Shown in pieces: positions 1 to 13,620 of a stretch of 64,000 bases of DNA. A program made the translations under genes and the position numbers. Source of the DNA: Lama glama (Eukaryota). The notes under the pieces are model-generated. The model did no database searches and was not told the origin of the DNA. It worked only from the letters and a program-made list of their open reading frames with translations. Numbering within the stretch: position 1 is the stretch's first letter; each line of letters starts with the position of its first letter. The stretch spans positions 108,750,001 through 108,814,000 of the forward strand of contig CM052817.1 of the NCBI GenBank assembly GCA_028534125.1, given 5' to 3'.

Positions 1-1109
1 ACTCTGTGTGTTTATGTGAATCAAAGTAAGTTTTCTTGGTACATAAAAGGGGTGGTTTTCATGGGATCTGAGTACTCCAAACCATACCGTATCTGAAACA
101 GAAGTCGTGGTGTCAGATGCCAACATCAGACTGTAAGTCCCTGGGGGCTGGACTTCCTGCAAACCAGGCACTGCAGTTCCACTCCATTGTTTCCACGGCA
201 TCTCGGCCTTTAATGAGAAGTGTGAACCAGCGGACACTTGGCTTGCACTAGGAAGCAATATCAGTGACTGAAAATTAAGTGTATTACAGCAATCCCCTGG
301 GACTCAGAGGACACTTAGTGGAAACCCATTAGCTTCCTGACCCTGTGGTAGCATCCTGAGAATTCCTAAGGCTCCTTTCCCTGAAGGACCACAGAAAACA
401 GTTTGGGTCAATATTAATGATTTATGGCAAGCAATTAGAGGATAATGAAGTGGTAAACCGTGTTATGTTACTGAAATTACAAGGGAAGCCAGGAGTAATT
501 TTGTTCACAAGTTTGAGTCCATTATCTTTCTGATACCCTGTCTCTAATATTTAGCCAAAGGTTTTGATTTGATTGCCAGAGTGACAGACTTTACACGTGG
601 ACATGTTTGTAATATCTCTTGTATTTCAAAAAGTCCTTTAATAGATGTTAAACTGGAAAAGAAAGTTGTAGAGCAGTGGAAAATAAGAATACCTTGAGAA
701 TGCAACCTCAAGTTGAATTGAATGTTTTTGAATTTGAAAATCTTGGCTGACAAAGTCTTATGTTAGTAGCTGTTTTTAAAAGAATCAGAGATAATCATTT
801 TATGACACTAGAATCTTCCTAGTTTTATGACTGACCATCTCCCACCTCACAGCAGCACTTGGGAATGAAAGAAAACTGAAATGTATGGGTGACGGGAAAG
901 ACAATATTTTTGGAAATAGCCCTAACAGAAGACTACTTGCTGTATTTGAAGAGATGGCCAGGAAAAATATAACTGGGTCAGTCTAGGTCAGCCAGATCTA
1001 TGGTTTTGGGATCCAAACATGGTAGAGTCATTTTTGGACTATCCCAAAGTTTTCTTCCAATTTGCGACAGCAAATTTTGCTCCATGATTTGATTTCTTAA
1101 GTCTTTTAA

Positions 1110-1200
1110 AATATTGAACCACTATGTTGTACACCTAAAATCAATATTGTAAATCAACTATAATTTAATAATTTTTTCACTTAAAAAATAAATTAAAAAA
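1110..1200 (+). mobile_element. LINE-1 extreme 3' end fragment
   Basis: ATTGAACCACTATGTTGTACACCTAAAATCAATATTGTAAATCAACTATA followed by an A-rich tail; typical eutherian L1 3' terminus. Confidence 0.7.
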
Positions 1201-3578
1201 TACATATATTCATGGATTTCTACATTTCAGGGGTATTCAATAACTAAAAACTAACAAGTGTGGCAAGCATGAAGAATGTCTTCTCAGGATGACAGTACAT
1301 AAGGAGTGCACATACCCTGGGGACAACCAGAACATTTCACTGGGTTCTCACCCCTGAGCACCATTGTTTCCCTCCAATCATGTCTTTTCACTTTCCAAAT
1401 ATCTTCTCTCTTCCTTCATCACAGCTGTTGTTAGCATCACTTCCCACCACACCTGTTTCTTCTCTTCATTTCTTTTTCCTTGGTCCCATAGGTATATTGA
1501 CAAACCAAAGTGCAGGTGACAACCTGCTAATCTTCAGCTCGTAGAAAAACCCAGTGGTATCGTTTCTTCTTCCTGCTTGTCCATCCTTTTCTTCTGTGTT
1601 GCTTGTAGAAGGACGAGGCAGGAGACAACAGGTTGAGAAATAGTCAAGATTTCTGGGTGAAAATACGTGGGGAAGTGTCTCCTTCTAATCGGCAATGCTG
1701 TTTCATTGCCAGACTGCTATGAAGAGGAAGTAACAGTGTGCTGCACAAGCTCAAGAAAGCTACATTCTACTTGGGATCCCAAGAGTGACACACTTTGAAA
1801 ACATTATAAATCATATTAGAGGTTCCCAAAGGTCTGGGATTTCACGCCGTCACGGTGCTAGTAACAAGGTTCGGACTCATGTATGAGTCTTGTTTTTCTT
1901 GATGAAAGGAGAAAGTCTGTAGAGCTTTCAGGGAAAGAGAACTTAGGGCAGATTGTGTTTATTAACTTGTTTCCTATTGTGACGGGATGGAGTCATGTGA
2001 AGCCGCGACATACTGGAGCTGCGTTGGGCGTGACCGTGTGAAGTCCTCAGCCCTCCTCCATTTCTCGGATGCTGGTTGTGTAGATACAGGTAAATGTCAT
2101 TTCTATGAAACGCCTTTTGCTTTAGAGGCAGAGTTGAGCCCCTGGAGAAAGAATAGAAGATCTCCTGGAACGTCGTATTTTTTATCTGTGAATAGAAAGT
2201 GTGTGTCTTACATCATTTTATACAAAACGAAATACTGATGGCTGAGAGGAGTATGAATGTCAGCTTCTTGGCTGCCATGTTTAAAAGCACTAATCAGAAC
2301 ATCCACGTGGCCAAAATCACTACAGCTGAACCCCCACATTTAGCAAGAAGAAGGCAGAAAGAATAGTTATCCTGGCCCTCTTTCTAAAACCAGGGCCAGC
2401 CGACTATCCAACTTTCTGGTTGCCTTGCAAACTCTTCCTACATTACAAATGTGAAGGGACAGTTATCAGGTGGCACATGGAGATTTGGAAATGGTGGCAT
2501 TACACACTAAAATCAATGATCCTGCAGTCCCAGACGTAAAGGTGCCTTTATCACTTCTTTAATACATGTCTTGATTTTACACTGTGCAGGTAAGTAGCAA
2601 ATGGGTAGCAGTTGTAGGTGGCATTTAAGACATGCCATATTGGTTGTCACCAAAGGAAGCACCTTACAAGTGAGGCACACAGGGAATGGGGCTGAGCTGA
2701 AGAGCATTTGTAAGTAAATTGTCTTTGCAGAGAACAGCTTCTGAGAATACTATGTCTCAAATGGTGTGGAAGTGGAAAATGTTGCTGAAAGATACTGTTT
2801 GGTGAATGTTCCAGGGCACACAGTGGCTACAAGAGAAAACATAATTTTAAAAGAGTCATTCAACAGTGTTGAAGTTATAAAATTGTACTAAAAAGTCATC
2901 TGCCTGCCAAAAGCACAGAATATTAACTTCTTCAGAAAACTCTCCTGGGGGACACCGTGGCTTGCTTATAAAGGAAAAACTAAGTCAATCCACCTCTAAA
3001 TGATGCCTTGAGTATGAATATTAAATATTTTACAGAACCAAAATGCGTGTTTTCCAGGTAGCAAGTGATATATTTTCAGTATCTTTGTTGATTATATTAC
3101 AGTACCTGTTAGACTTGTGAATCTGTTTGGATTTTTTAAGACCTTGTTTACTTCAGAATTTCCAGAAGAAAAAAACAAAAAAATGACACATGACATATGC
3201 TTAAGAAGCTTGCAGCTACCACCACTGGGAAGACCAAATATTATGAAGCATTGTTATTTATTAGGAAGTTTGAAAGAAAAAGGTATTTGATCTAGTTGGT
3301 TTTCTGATGGTGGATTCTGGTAAGAGGAAACACACGTGCACGAGCAGAAACACACTCCCCTCTCCTGACAACACCCTGTGGGTTAGCAGCCCTTTTGAAA
3401 ACAGGCACAGCTCTGCATTTCTCACACCATCTGCCACAGGTCTAGTTTTTAATAAATGTTTGTGTAATGAATGAATCAGTTATTTACCATGAGACAGGGC
3501 TATAAAATTCAAGTATAGTGACCAATCGCACCGTAGTTTTCTGTAATTTTGATTTTGATTTCTGTTACCAGAAATTAG

Positions 3579-3696
3579 TGGAAAAGTATGTGACAATGAA
3601 TATATGTATGTTCATGTATAACTGAGAAATTGTGCTCTACACTGGAAACTGACACATTGTAAACTGACTATAACTCAATAAAATGAAATTTAAAAA
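3579..3696 (+). mobile_element. 5'-truncated young camelid-type L1 3' end
   Basis: Closely matches the 3' end of the L1 at ~32655-32770 in this window (TGTGACAATGAATATATGTATGTTCATGTATAACTGA...); AATAAA, A tail, short TSD AAATTAG at 3572-3578 and 3697-3703. Confidence 0.9.
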
Positions 3697-5017
3697 AAAT
3701 TAGAAGACCTCTATTTCACTGATTTTATCTACTTGTACAAAACAAATTTAGCTCTTTTAAGCCTTAACTTCTATAAAATGAGAAATGTTTGGAGAGCTCT
3801 AATAATATACTATGTGCTTTGAAACTGTAAAGAAACAAATCTTATAAGTTAATGGCATGTTTTTTCTTAGGTTTAGGATGCTCTGGAAAATGTACGATTT
3901 CTTTTACGAATGATCAATAAATGGAGAAATTAACTTCACAGGTTTTATTGCACTAAGTCCTGAGTGATTTAGCAAACTTATAGTCCAATTTAACAAGGAG
4001 ACAATTTCATGAGTATTGGTGTCTATTTTTACCTGAACTTGGAACTGCATGGCATTTGGGAAACCATCGGTTTTTGCCAGGTGAGAGTTAATTCACAGCT
4101 TCTGCATTGAGTCAGAATTCCCCTGAAATGAGTTCAGAAAACCTTTGGCTGAAGAATGAGTGTTTGTCTCTTCAGTAGTTGAGCCATGGAAGCCTTGTAC
4201 CAGTTTGCTTCCAACAATTCGAAAGTCAAACATTCATCTCAAGAACAACCTTAACTGTGGAACATGATGTATCCTTGAGAAATTAGATGTGTGACTGAGT
4301 CTTAGAACATTGCATAACCTCAGCTCTGATGGAAAAAAATAGCTGTTTTCATAGGTTATTTAAAAATTCATTCAGTGAAGATTGCTTTTGTTCAACCTTT
4401 GGGTGTCTGCTGCCCAGAGTATTTGAGTTTACATGCAAAGGACGTGAAATAAAGTGCTGCTTAGAAGTGGTGACTGGCAGGAGGGACCCTGGAAAAGACC
4501 TGAATCTATTTAAAAAGTTCAGTGTGAATAAGCATTTCTGTGTATCTTCCCCAGTCATAGATGCAATGTCAACTTAATATTTTAATGAGAAGTTTTGCTT
4601 CTGATTTCTATCAATTAATTTTGAGAGTCACTTTAGGGACTTGATGCCCCAACTCAGCAGGTTTCAAGGGTATTTTACTAAGAGGGAGAATGCTTTGATG
4701 ACTGTAGGTAAGTAATTGTACCTGGGGAGAGACATCCCTCGTATGATTTACTTGAATACTCTTTAACATTTAGGATGCTGTTCTAAGTGATTTCTGTGCT
4801 AAGTCTTGGCGCTGTGGTGAGTGCTGTAATGCTATATTGTATGACCTTCATTGTCAACTGTTTGAATCTCCAAAATGTAGATTTAATGATATCATTATTT
4901 TACTCAAAATCTGTCAGTGGATCTCTCATCTTCAAGTTCAAAATCTCAAACTTCCTCATCTGGTCACTGATAACTTTGCATCTCCTTTTCTGTCACTGTC
5001 CCAAGATGCAGTCGCTA

Positions 5018-5320
5018 CAGCCTACCCAGGAAACAAGAAACAAGAAAAATCTCAGGTGAAGAACCCAACCTACCATCTAAAGGAATTAGAAACAGAACGA
5101 ACAAAGCCCAGTGTTTGTAGAAAGAAGGAAATAATAGAGATCAGAGTGGAAATAAATGAAATAGAGACTAAAAACAATAGAAAAGGTCAGTGAAACTACG
5201 AGCTGGTTCTTTGAAAAGAGAAACAAAACTGATAAGTCCTTAGTAAGACCCATTAAAAAAAAAAAGAGAGGGCCCAAATAAGCAAAATCAGGAATGAAAG
5301 AGAAGTCACAACGAACACCA
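5018..5320 (+). mobile_element. LINE-1 ORF2 internal fragment (region just after the endonuclease domain)
   Basis: Translates with frameshifts to KQEKSQVKNPTYHLKELETERTKPSVCRKKEIIEIRVEINEIETK...ETTSWFFEKRNKTDKSLVRPIKKK, the L1 ORF2 KEIIKIRAEINEIE/SWFFEKINKIDKPL segment. Confidence 0.92.
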
Positions 5321-5934
5321 TATTTAGGAGTTTGGTTTCTTAAAGGATTTTAACAAAATACGGGCCAATTGCTAAACAGCAAAAACTAACAAACAAAAAT
5401 CATGGTTCGTAAGTTAGGTGTGGACGATACAACCAGAAAAGACTAGGGAAAATATAAAAGGACCCTATACTCATGTTGCTTAAAGTATCTTAAGCTCTTA
5501 TTTCAGTTTAGAGAAAATGTGATTAGAAACAACTGGTTATTCCGCTAGAAAACTGTACTTGAATAAGATCTTGGCCTGTCAACAAAAGATTTTGAATGAA
5601 TGGGCATTTATGTTTTAAGACACAATGCAGTTCTAAAGGCACGCTTCTTGCATCTTTTATTATACCTGCATTAACAGATTGGTTTTGGACAAATGGGTGA
5701 AGTACTGGTAACAGACATGAAGAGAACTTAACCCAAGCAGGGGAGAATACAGGGTTTTAAGATTTCTTATCAATTTCTTTGCCTATGAACCTCAATAAAG
5801 AATACATTGTGCTTTCTCTCTGCTTAGGCATTCTGCTTTGATGCAAATTTCCTCTGTGAGTTGATTTAATGGTGAATAAAATGACCAGAGATAAGAGATA
5901 AAGACAAAACAGCCAACATTATACACTGTTTTCC

Positions 5935-6057
5935 TTTTTGTTTGTTTTGTTTTGTTTTGTTTTTTATTGAAGGATGGTCAGTTACAATGTGTCAATTTCT
6001 GGTGTACAGCACGACTCGATGTATATATATGCATGACTGGGACATTATGCTGTATAC
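5935..6057 (-). mobile_element. Very short L1 3' end with 5' inversion
   Basis: (TTTTG)n tail and antisense L1 terminus at 5935-6012, then sense-orientation upstream L1 sequence at 6020-6057; same 3'-end type as 36613-36891. Confidence 0.8.
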
Positions 6058-6816
6058 TTTTTTCTTTTTAAATTGATTTTTTTTTAAATAAAGTCTTTTA
6101 AGTCCAAGAAAAAGCAAAAGGATCACAACAGGAAGGAAAGGAGTGAGAGATATCCTACGTCTGTGGCAGTGCCAGAGTTAAAACTTTCCATTTCTGGATT
6201 CTTTTGGAGACTGCTAGGCTGTGATGTGTGTGTATGTGGGAGTAAGACAGACTTGCAAATATGAGCAACACATTGTACAGCCCACATATTTTTTCTGCTC
6301 GGCTTACATCTAAGGGAAAAAAGACGTAGTAACACAAGAAGAAATAAGATCAGCATTCTCAGTGCTAATTATACAGGAATGAAGAGTTATACTGGGTCAG
6401 ACACAGAACCTTCAAGCCCACATTTCTTAGTCAAAAGCAGCGTCAGGGAACCTGCTCCTGAAGCCTGAAGATTTTGCCTGAAATCAGTTTCCAGGCTTAA
6501 CTGTATTCTAGTACGTTTCAGAGTTATTCAAGAGCCTCCTCAAACCGATTTCACTTCCCTTTATATTTTTGATCAACCAGGAGCAAGCGCTGAGGATAGT
6601 AGGTTCCTTCTCTAAACCACATTTTTTATTGCTTATTTATTTTAAATGCTTTGTTTAACTTAAGGGGCACTTTGATATTTATGCAACAGGTCTCTAGTTA
6701 TTTTTCTGCACAATTTTTGCTTTGATGGATTTTTGTCATTGTTTTGTGACCTTTATTAAATCTCTTTTTATAGGAATCTCTCCCATGCCCTTCATTTCCC
6801 TTCTTAGCCTTTATGG

Positions 6817-6868
6817 TGTGTGTGTGAGTGTGCGTTTTGTGTGTGTGTGTGTGTGTGTGAAATGTGTG
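6817..6868. repeat. (TG)n microsatellite, interrupted
   Basis: Directly visible. Confidence 0.95.
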
Positions 6869-7229
6869 CCTTCATGGTAGAGAAAACACAAAATTACACA
6901 CACAGCAGGCTGAAATGCTGAAGAAATGTAAGACCGTCGCCCTGAGGAAATCTACAATCCAAAGTTGACAGTACATGAATCAGCAACAAACAATCCCACT
7001 GAGACTTGGGATATTATTTGTTATACCACATAATCTATCATCACCTGACTGATACAGACATATCATTTAAGGTGGATAATACTCTGCTAAATAAAAAACT
7101 TAAAAACTGTATATAATAATCATTATATCAGCTTAAAGACCGCAGTTAAACTATACTCACAATTTTTAATTCAGAATATTATTGAGAGCTGAGATAAAAA
7201 TGTATACTTGCTAAAATCACAGCATTTGT

Positions 7230-7350
7230 AACAAGTTAAATTCTGTCAGGCTCATTTTCCTTCTGTATATAATGAACATGTTCCATAAGGTCATTGTAAG
7301 AATTAATATGTATTATCATAGTGTCTATCATAGAGGAAATTAATCAACAT
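7230..7350 (+). mobile_element. MIR SINE relic
   Basis: GGCTCATTTTCCTTCTGTATATAATG...GGTCATTGTAAGAATTAA resembles the MIR core. Confidence 0.5.
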
Positions 7351-8389
7351 TATTCAAAATTTTTACTAACTCACTAACCAAATAAACACCCAAGAAACCC
7401 ATCAATCTTTACAATGAAAACACATTCTTGAGTGAAAAAAAATTGTATCATATATGCAGTTCTTAAAACTTAGTAAGATAAATTTCAATCTGAAGGAAGA
7501 GGTTGCTGTTAAGAAAATTTTAAATTCCAGAGTTCCAAAGTATACAATATTGGAAACATGGAATAATTTAGATCAAATACAATATGCTTGGTAACCAAAT
7601 GTGTTGCGCATGATAATATATCCAGCCCAGCATTAAAGGCAAATGGCGCAGCAGCTGGACCGTTTTGAAGACTAATCCACCCAATCTTTGCAAATGTATC
7701 TTCTGGAACTCCCTGTAATTATGGCTCTTCGTAACCTGTTATTTTTCTGTTTTATTAGGAACACAACAGTAAGTCACACAATTTTTTTCCTCTGAAACTG
7801 TTTTTAAACTGAATGCAAAACAGAAGGAAAGATCCAACAATTTTCTAAAATAGAATATTCACATGTCAGTGTCTTCGTATGTCAGAAACGAACACTTTCT
7901 TTTCAAAACAGAGTATGTCAATATTTCCCTTCTTGATTTTCGGTCTTATATATGTTCAAACCAACTAAACTTTATTTTATATGCAGCAGATCTTTAGAAG
8001 AGTAACATGAATTTTTTTTAAATGTATGGTACATATTTTAGAAATACAATCCAAATTTCATATTTCATAATACAAGACCATTTACCCTTGGATAATGTTT
8101 AAAAGTGAAAACCAAAAGTGAAAAAGTGCACCTTTAAAGCAAAGATCTATCGGTTTGCTGAATTTCAGTTGATATATAAATGGGAGAGCATAAGGCATGA
8201 GGAGCTGTTCTCCTGTAGTAATTCTGTTTTCATGCATTGGTTACCTTTACAGAGGCACAGACACTACCATTAATAAAATAAATAACTGGACGAATAACAT
8301 GAACATTTCTTTCTATTTTGCTTTTCTTTCTATTGAATCAAATGCATTGATACCCAAGAAAACCTGGAGAATATTCTGAGCCTGGCCAT

Positions 8390-8902
8390 TGTGGTAGTTG
8401 TCCATCACTGATGTAACAAGTGACCACAGGTCTTGGGGCTGAAAGCAATGCACACTTGTGGTTTTTTACAGTTCTGGAGGGCAGAGACCAGAAATGGGCC
8501 CTAGGGGCAGAAATCATTTGTGTTAGGAGAGTTGCATTCTTCTGGTGGTTCTAGGGAGAAGAACCAGCTCCAGGCCCTCTCAGCTTCCAGGGCTGCCCAT
8601 GCTCCTTGGCTCAGGGCCCCGTCCTCCACAATCAAAGCCAGAAACACAGCATCCTGCCATTTCCCCCCGATTCTGCTTCCTTATCTTATCAACTTCTCTT
8701 GTTCTAATTCTGCTACCTCCTTCTCATGGGTCTCCTTGTGAGGACATGGGCCTACTGGGTATCCAGAATAACTCCCCCATCTCACGATCTTTCACTTAGT
8801 CACATCTGCAAAGTCCCTTCTGCCACCCACAGTAACACAGTCATAGGTTCTAAGAATTAGGAGGCGTCTGAGAATTTAGGGAACATTATTCAGCTTACCA
8901 CC
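8390..8902 (-). mobile_element. MLT1-family MaLR solo LTR (MLT1D/E-like)
   Basis: TGTGGTAGTT...TGTAACAAGTGACCACA...TTACAGTTCTGGAGGGCAGA...CACATCTGCAAAGTCCCTT...ATTCAGCTTACCAC is the antisense MLT1 pattern. Confidence 0.85.
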
Positions 8903-9344
8903 ACTATGCTCGATTTTTCTGAAAACACCTGGATATGTGAAGAACTAGGGCCTTTATCAAATAATATGATTGCATTTAAAAGCTCAAAACATCAAAACAA
9001 ATATGACAAAACTACTCTTAGAGATTTAGCTAAAGACTCCACATGGGAGGGTTTTTTTTTAACTTAATAATCATGACACTTGTAAGTTTTCCATTCTTTT
9101 CTGAGAGAAACTTTCCATTTGATTGATTGGAGTGATTCCCTCAGCCTCAGAGCTGTCACGGGCAATTCATCCAAAGACAATCAATCCACTAGCAGGACCG
9201 TGGCTTACAAGCCAAGCTTCCAAAAGTTCTCTGTCCAAATGGAGATGGTCTAGGATACAATTATTTTTGCTCTTTAGAATTTGTGTGGGCAAATACGGAG
9301 TGAGTCCAGCAGCTTGAAATGACACTGTGAAATCAAAACAGAGA

Positions 9345-9542
9345 TAAGGTTGCCAGAAAAAAAAAATGTAGGATCGTCAACTAAATTTGAATTTCAGAAA
9401 AATAATGCATCATTTTTTAGTATTGTATGTCCTGAATATTGCACAGGACACACTCACACTAAAAAAAATTACTTGTTGCTTATGTGAAATTCGGATTTAA
9501 TTAGGTGCCCTATAATTTTATTTGCTAGACCTGGCAGTCCTA
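9345..9542. mobile_element. MER53 palindromic hAT MITE
   Basis: Ends TAAGGTTGCCAG...CTGGCAGTCCTA; internal inverted arms (AAATTTGAATTTCAGA / TGTGAAATTCGGATTT; TTTTTTAGT / ACTAAAAAA); CAGAGA on both flanks. Confidence 0.88.
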
Positions 9543-9789
9543 CAGAGAGATGTTAATGGTTCTTAAGTGGCCATGAACCAGGTAAAGTGACAAGGAAACT
9601 GAAAATTTCAAGGGAGCAGAAGCTGTAAGACAGAGTACAATTTCAGGGTAAACGGAGGTCCTGACTTTGTTCTTACTAAGCAAACAGGGAGATGAATTGC
9701 AAAGAGCTCAAGACAAGAGCCTTGAGAAACCTTCCAGGAAAAGATCGACACTGCAGGAGTCCCGGGTGAAAGACACGATTAGACACATC

Positions 9790-10012
9790 ATAGAAACAGC
9801 CAATAAACGTGAAATCATGTCAAATTGTTTTCACAGTTGAAGAAATGTCGACCCAATGAGACTGCTGAAACTAAGTTTTATATGCAAAGTTAAAAAATAT
9901 TGACAGTGCTCCAAGTTATCGAGAATGGGGGGAAGTTGGGACTCCTACACACTTTCTGTGAAAGTCTAAGCTGGTAGAACAATAATTTGGAAGAGGATGT
10001 GGGGATATTTAT
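9790..10012 (+). mobile_element. Old L1M ORF2 3' relic
   Basis: Degenerate AAACAGCCAATAAACGTGAAA...GGGACTCCTACACACTT...TTTGGAAGAG pattern. Confidence 0.5.
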
Positions 10013-10103
10013 CTAAACATATGCATGAACCATTTAAATGGGCCTCATAATGCCAGGAAAACTCCTTTGCTTTCCTTGGGGTGGTGATTGAAAGTTTTAA
10101 GCC

Positions 10104-10611
10104 TTCAACATCACTAATCATCAGGGAAATGCAAATCAAAATTGCAATGAGGTTATCACCTCACACCTGTTAGGATGCTATTATAAAAAGCCAACAAATA
10201 AGTGGAGAAAAGGGAACCCTTGTAGACAGTTGGTAGGAATGTAAATTGGTGCAGCCACTATGGAGAACAGTATGGAAGTTCCTCAAAAAATTAAAAATAG
10301 AACTACTACACAATCTAGTAATTCCACTCCAGGGTGTTTTTCTGAAGAAAACAAAAACACCAATTCAAAAAGATATATGTACACAAGGAGTGCTTTTTAC
10401 TGCAGTATTATTTGCAGCAGTCAAGATAAGGACACAACCTAAGTGTCTATAGAGAGATAAAGAAAGGAGATGTGGTATATATATACATACGCAATGGAAT
10501 ATTACTCAACCATAAAAAAGAATAAAAATTTGTCATTTGTAACAACATGCAGGGACCTAGAGGATATTATGATAAGTGAAATAAATCAGAGAAAGAAAAA
10601 AAAAAAGGAAA
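10104..10611 (+). mobile_element. LINE-1 ORF2 C-terminal fragment, A-tailed, no 3'UTR
   Basis: [19 protein letters not shown]...PKCL...MEYYS motifs; A-run ~10592-10606; degenerate TSD at 10090-10105 and 10612-10627. Confidence 0.92.
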
Positions 10612-13476
10612 GAAATGTTTAAGCTTTTAGCTAACTTTTTTTCTTGGATGGGGTGTCACTGGCCATTAAGGAGATAAATGAAAGATCTGTGGAACCTCTA
10701 GATAGAAAAGGGATTTCTTTCTGCATGTCTCAAGTCCACACTCTTCTTTGGATTTTTGATTTTTATTTCCCTAATCCCAGCCCCCAGAACAGAGCTCCTC
10801 CTAGTCTTCCCAGAACTACGTCTGCATCCTGACGTCAGAAGGGAATGATCTTTCTCAAAGTGCACATCTGATCCTGAAAGAGCTGCCTCTTCCCCATGCC
10901 CCACCCTCACTCTGACTTAGCCCCTTCCACCGAGTTCCTTGTGTTCTCGGGAGGAAGACCAGAGATGGAGACCAAGTCCTCTCTGGGGCTCCCTGACTCC
11001 ACCCCTGCCTTCTTGTGCCAGGTTTTCTGCACTGAAACCCCACTTCCTGGAGTCACCATGCTGTCTCCCCCCTCACCTGGGGACCACAACTCACTGGCCC
11101 CTCCTGAGCTGTGCCTTGGCCCACCTGGGATGTGCTCTCCCATCTTCGTAAGCAGGTGAAGCCCCTAACGACAGGAGCTCTTGTAGGCTGCCTGCCCTAC
11201 ACGTGGCACCGACCTCCTCTGCACCGACCACGTTGGGACATTGCGTCTCATGTGGTTACTGGATTCCAATAAAGACTAACAGAACAGGTGCAAGGAACAA
11301 GTCTGGTTTTCTCTCCGTTGTGGCAAAGGATCTCAAAAACGCTATTGGAACGAGTGAACAAAGTAGGGGTCTACTTTCTGCACGTGGTCACCAGCTGGGT
11401 GAACGACACAAGTAGGCACCAGGAGTTCACCTCTCAAACTCCTGATAGAGACTTAAATAAGTCTCCCCAAGACTCCCAAAGATGGGAGATGCACAAGGTA
11501 TCAGATTGACGTTCCCTCTTACTAACCCCAACCTGTCGCTGCTTTAATGACCGCAGGGATGTTCCTAAGCCATGTTTACCCTGTCTCCCCACAATAGTTA
11601 AAGCGATCCTGTTTCAGATTAATGAGTCACACCGAATAAAGGAGATGCCAAGTGGGAGACTTGGTGCTAAGTTTAAGCGGATTTGGGCAGGACTGCAGTT
11701 TCAGGGTCTGTGTTAACTCTGCGTTGAAAGGGTTTGCAGACTCAGCCTGAATTAGCTGCATCCATCAAACATGGATTTTACCTGAATCATGAATTGGTGT
11801 GCCAAAGTTTGAGTTTGACGAACTAAATGGAAACAGAGTTTTAAAGGAGAAAGATATTCTTATAAACTTTCTTGCTTTTCCCGGTAACTGCCTCTGAATG
11901 TGTATTTCTCTCACTGCATTCCCGAGGCAAGCGATGACATTTAATTTAATTAATTCTACACTTGAGTCAACGGCAGAAATTTTAGTTCAGGGTCCTCACA
12001 TTTCATTCTAAAGGTAAAATAACTTAAGGTTACAGAACAGATCTAGGAAAAGGTCTAATGTACTTTGCAGAGTATAACAATTACGTTTTAAATTGGGTAA
12101 GAGTTTTGACGGTTTGTTTATTGAATAAACTGAATGTGATAGGAGGTTTGGTCCCTGCTGCCAGAGTGTTGCTTCCAGACAGACCAGTCTGCACGACTAG
12201 AATGACACCCTGTGGCTAGACACACCAACAGCACATGCTCCCTCGCCACGCCCCCCTCCGTCTCTGTGAAAAGAATGGTCTTCATGAAATAAGATTTATG
12301 AACCACTGACAGACAAAATCACTCTCCGTCTCAAAATGGATTGAACGCTGTTAGCAAGAATAAAGGAAAGGATTTCAATATTTGTGGCTTAATCTTGGTA
12401 GATCGTGACACCCAGGAAGAACCCATTGCACAAGTGGGTGGGGGTGGCTCCCCTGAAGATACTTCGTCGGATTTCACTCTGTTCATCACTCAGGGGCACG
12501 CTGGCCTCTGAGTTTCCCCGGAGCCTCAGGACAGCCTGAGGCACCCGGGCAGTCCTGTTAGTATCTCTCTTTTATGATGATCCAAACTGAACTTCAGCAA
12601 GGGCTGAAAATTTTCCACATCCTCTGGCTAGTAAAATGCTAGCAATCCACTCAGCACGGATGCCTTTTGGATTTAAAATACATTCTTTTTCTCAGGAACT
12701 CTGCTGTAATGAAATCAACTCAGAATTACACATTTAGGCTTTGGAGATGTGGTCATCTGAAATTTTTTTTTTATTTATTTAAAACAGAACAAAATGTTCT
12801 GCTGCTAGAGAGATGGCTTACAGCCTTTTCTAGTATTTTTTCTCCCTCCTGCCTGTGTCTATAAATCTTCCCGACTTTCAGGACCAGTCAACACTGCCTC
12901 CCCTGTACCTTCATTCGTTGCAAACCTCTATGAACCTCGGACCTACTGACCACTTGTTGAATTGCCAGGGAGTCATTGCGATGTGAAGCAACCGCACGTT
13001 TTTCCTGAACCCGCTTAAATATTTCCTGTCATTTAGATTCTCACCTGTCTGCCTTCCAGGTGAACACCCGGAGAACGAGAACCATATCGCTCGTTTTTCC
13101 TAGTCTATACTGGGCTCAAAACCACCATCTGTGCTTTGTTCATTTGATCCTAAATTATCCAGAGAGGAGGACTGAAACCCTTGCAATCCAGCTGTCTATG
13201 GATGCTCTCATATTTAATATTTACATATTTAAAATAGATATTGTTGATTCTGAGTACACGTATCCTTATCACTTAAAGGTAGGCTTGCATTTCAGTACTA
13301 TACAAAGCAGGGTAAAATCTATGTGTGTTTCTAGCCTGTTACAAATGCATTCAGTGTATTTTACCCACATTTTATGCATGTTACAAAAAGAACACAGTGG
13401 AATTAAATGTATTTTAGTATGTTAAACTAGAAAGCAGAAAATACCATTAAAAATCATTCTTTTTGTTTCATGCTTT

Positions 13477-13620
13477 TTTTTTTTTAGTTTTTTTAGCTTT
13501 TTGGGAGAGGGTAATTTGGTTTATTTATTTAGTTCTTTTTATAATGGAAGGACTGGGGATTGAGCCCAGGACCTCGTGCCTGCTAAAGACACACTCTGTC
13601 ACTGAGCTAGACCCTCCCCT
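13477..13620 (-). mobile_element. Camelid tRNA-derived SINE (Vic-1 type)
   Basis: Minus strand GGGGAGGGTCTAGCTCAGTGACAGAG...GAGGTCCTGGGCTCAATCCCCAG (A and B boxes), AAAT-rich linker, A tail; TSD at 13463-13476 and 13622-13635. Confidence 0.92.

Noticed and set aside
4661..4815. Two strong donors (GTAAGT near 4708, GTGAGT near 4816) suggesting small exons
   Set aside because: The intervening intron would be only ~65 bp and splicing gives stops in every frame
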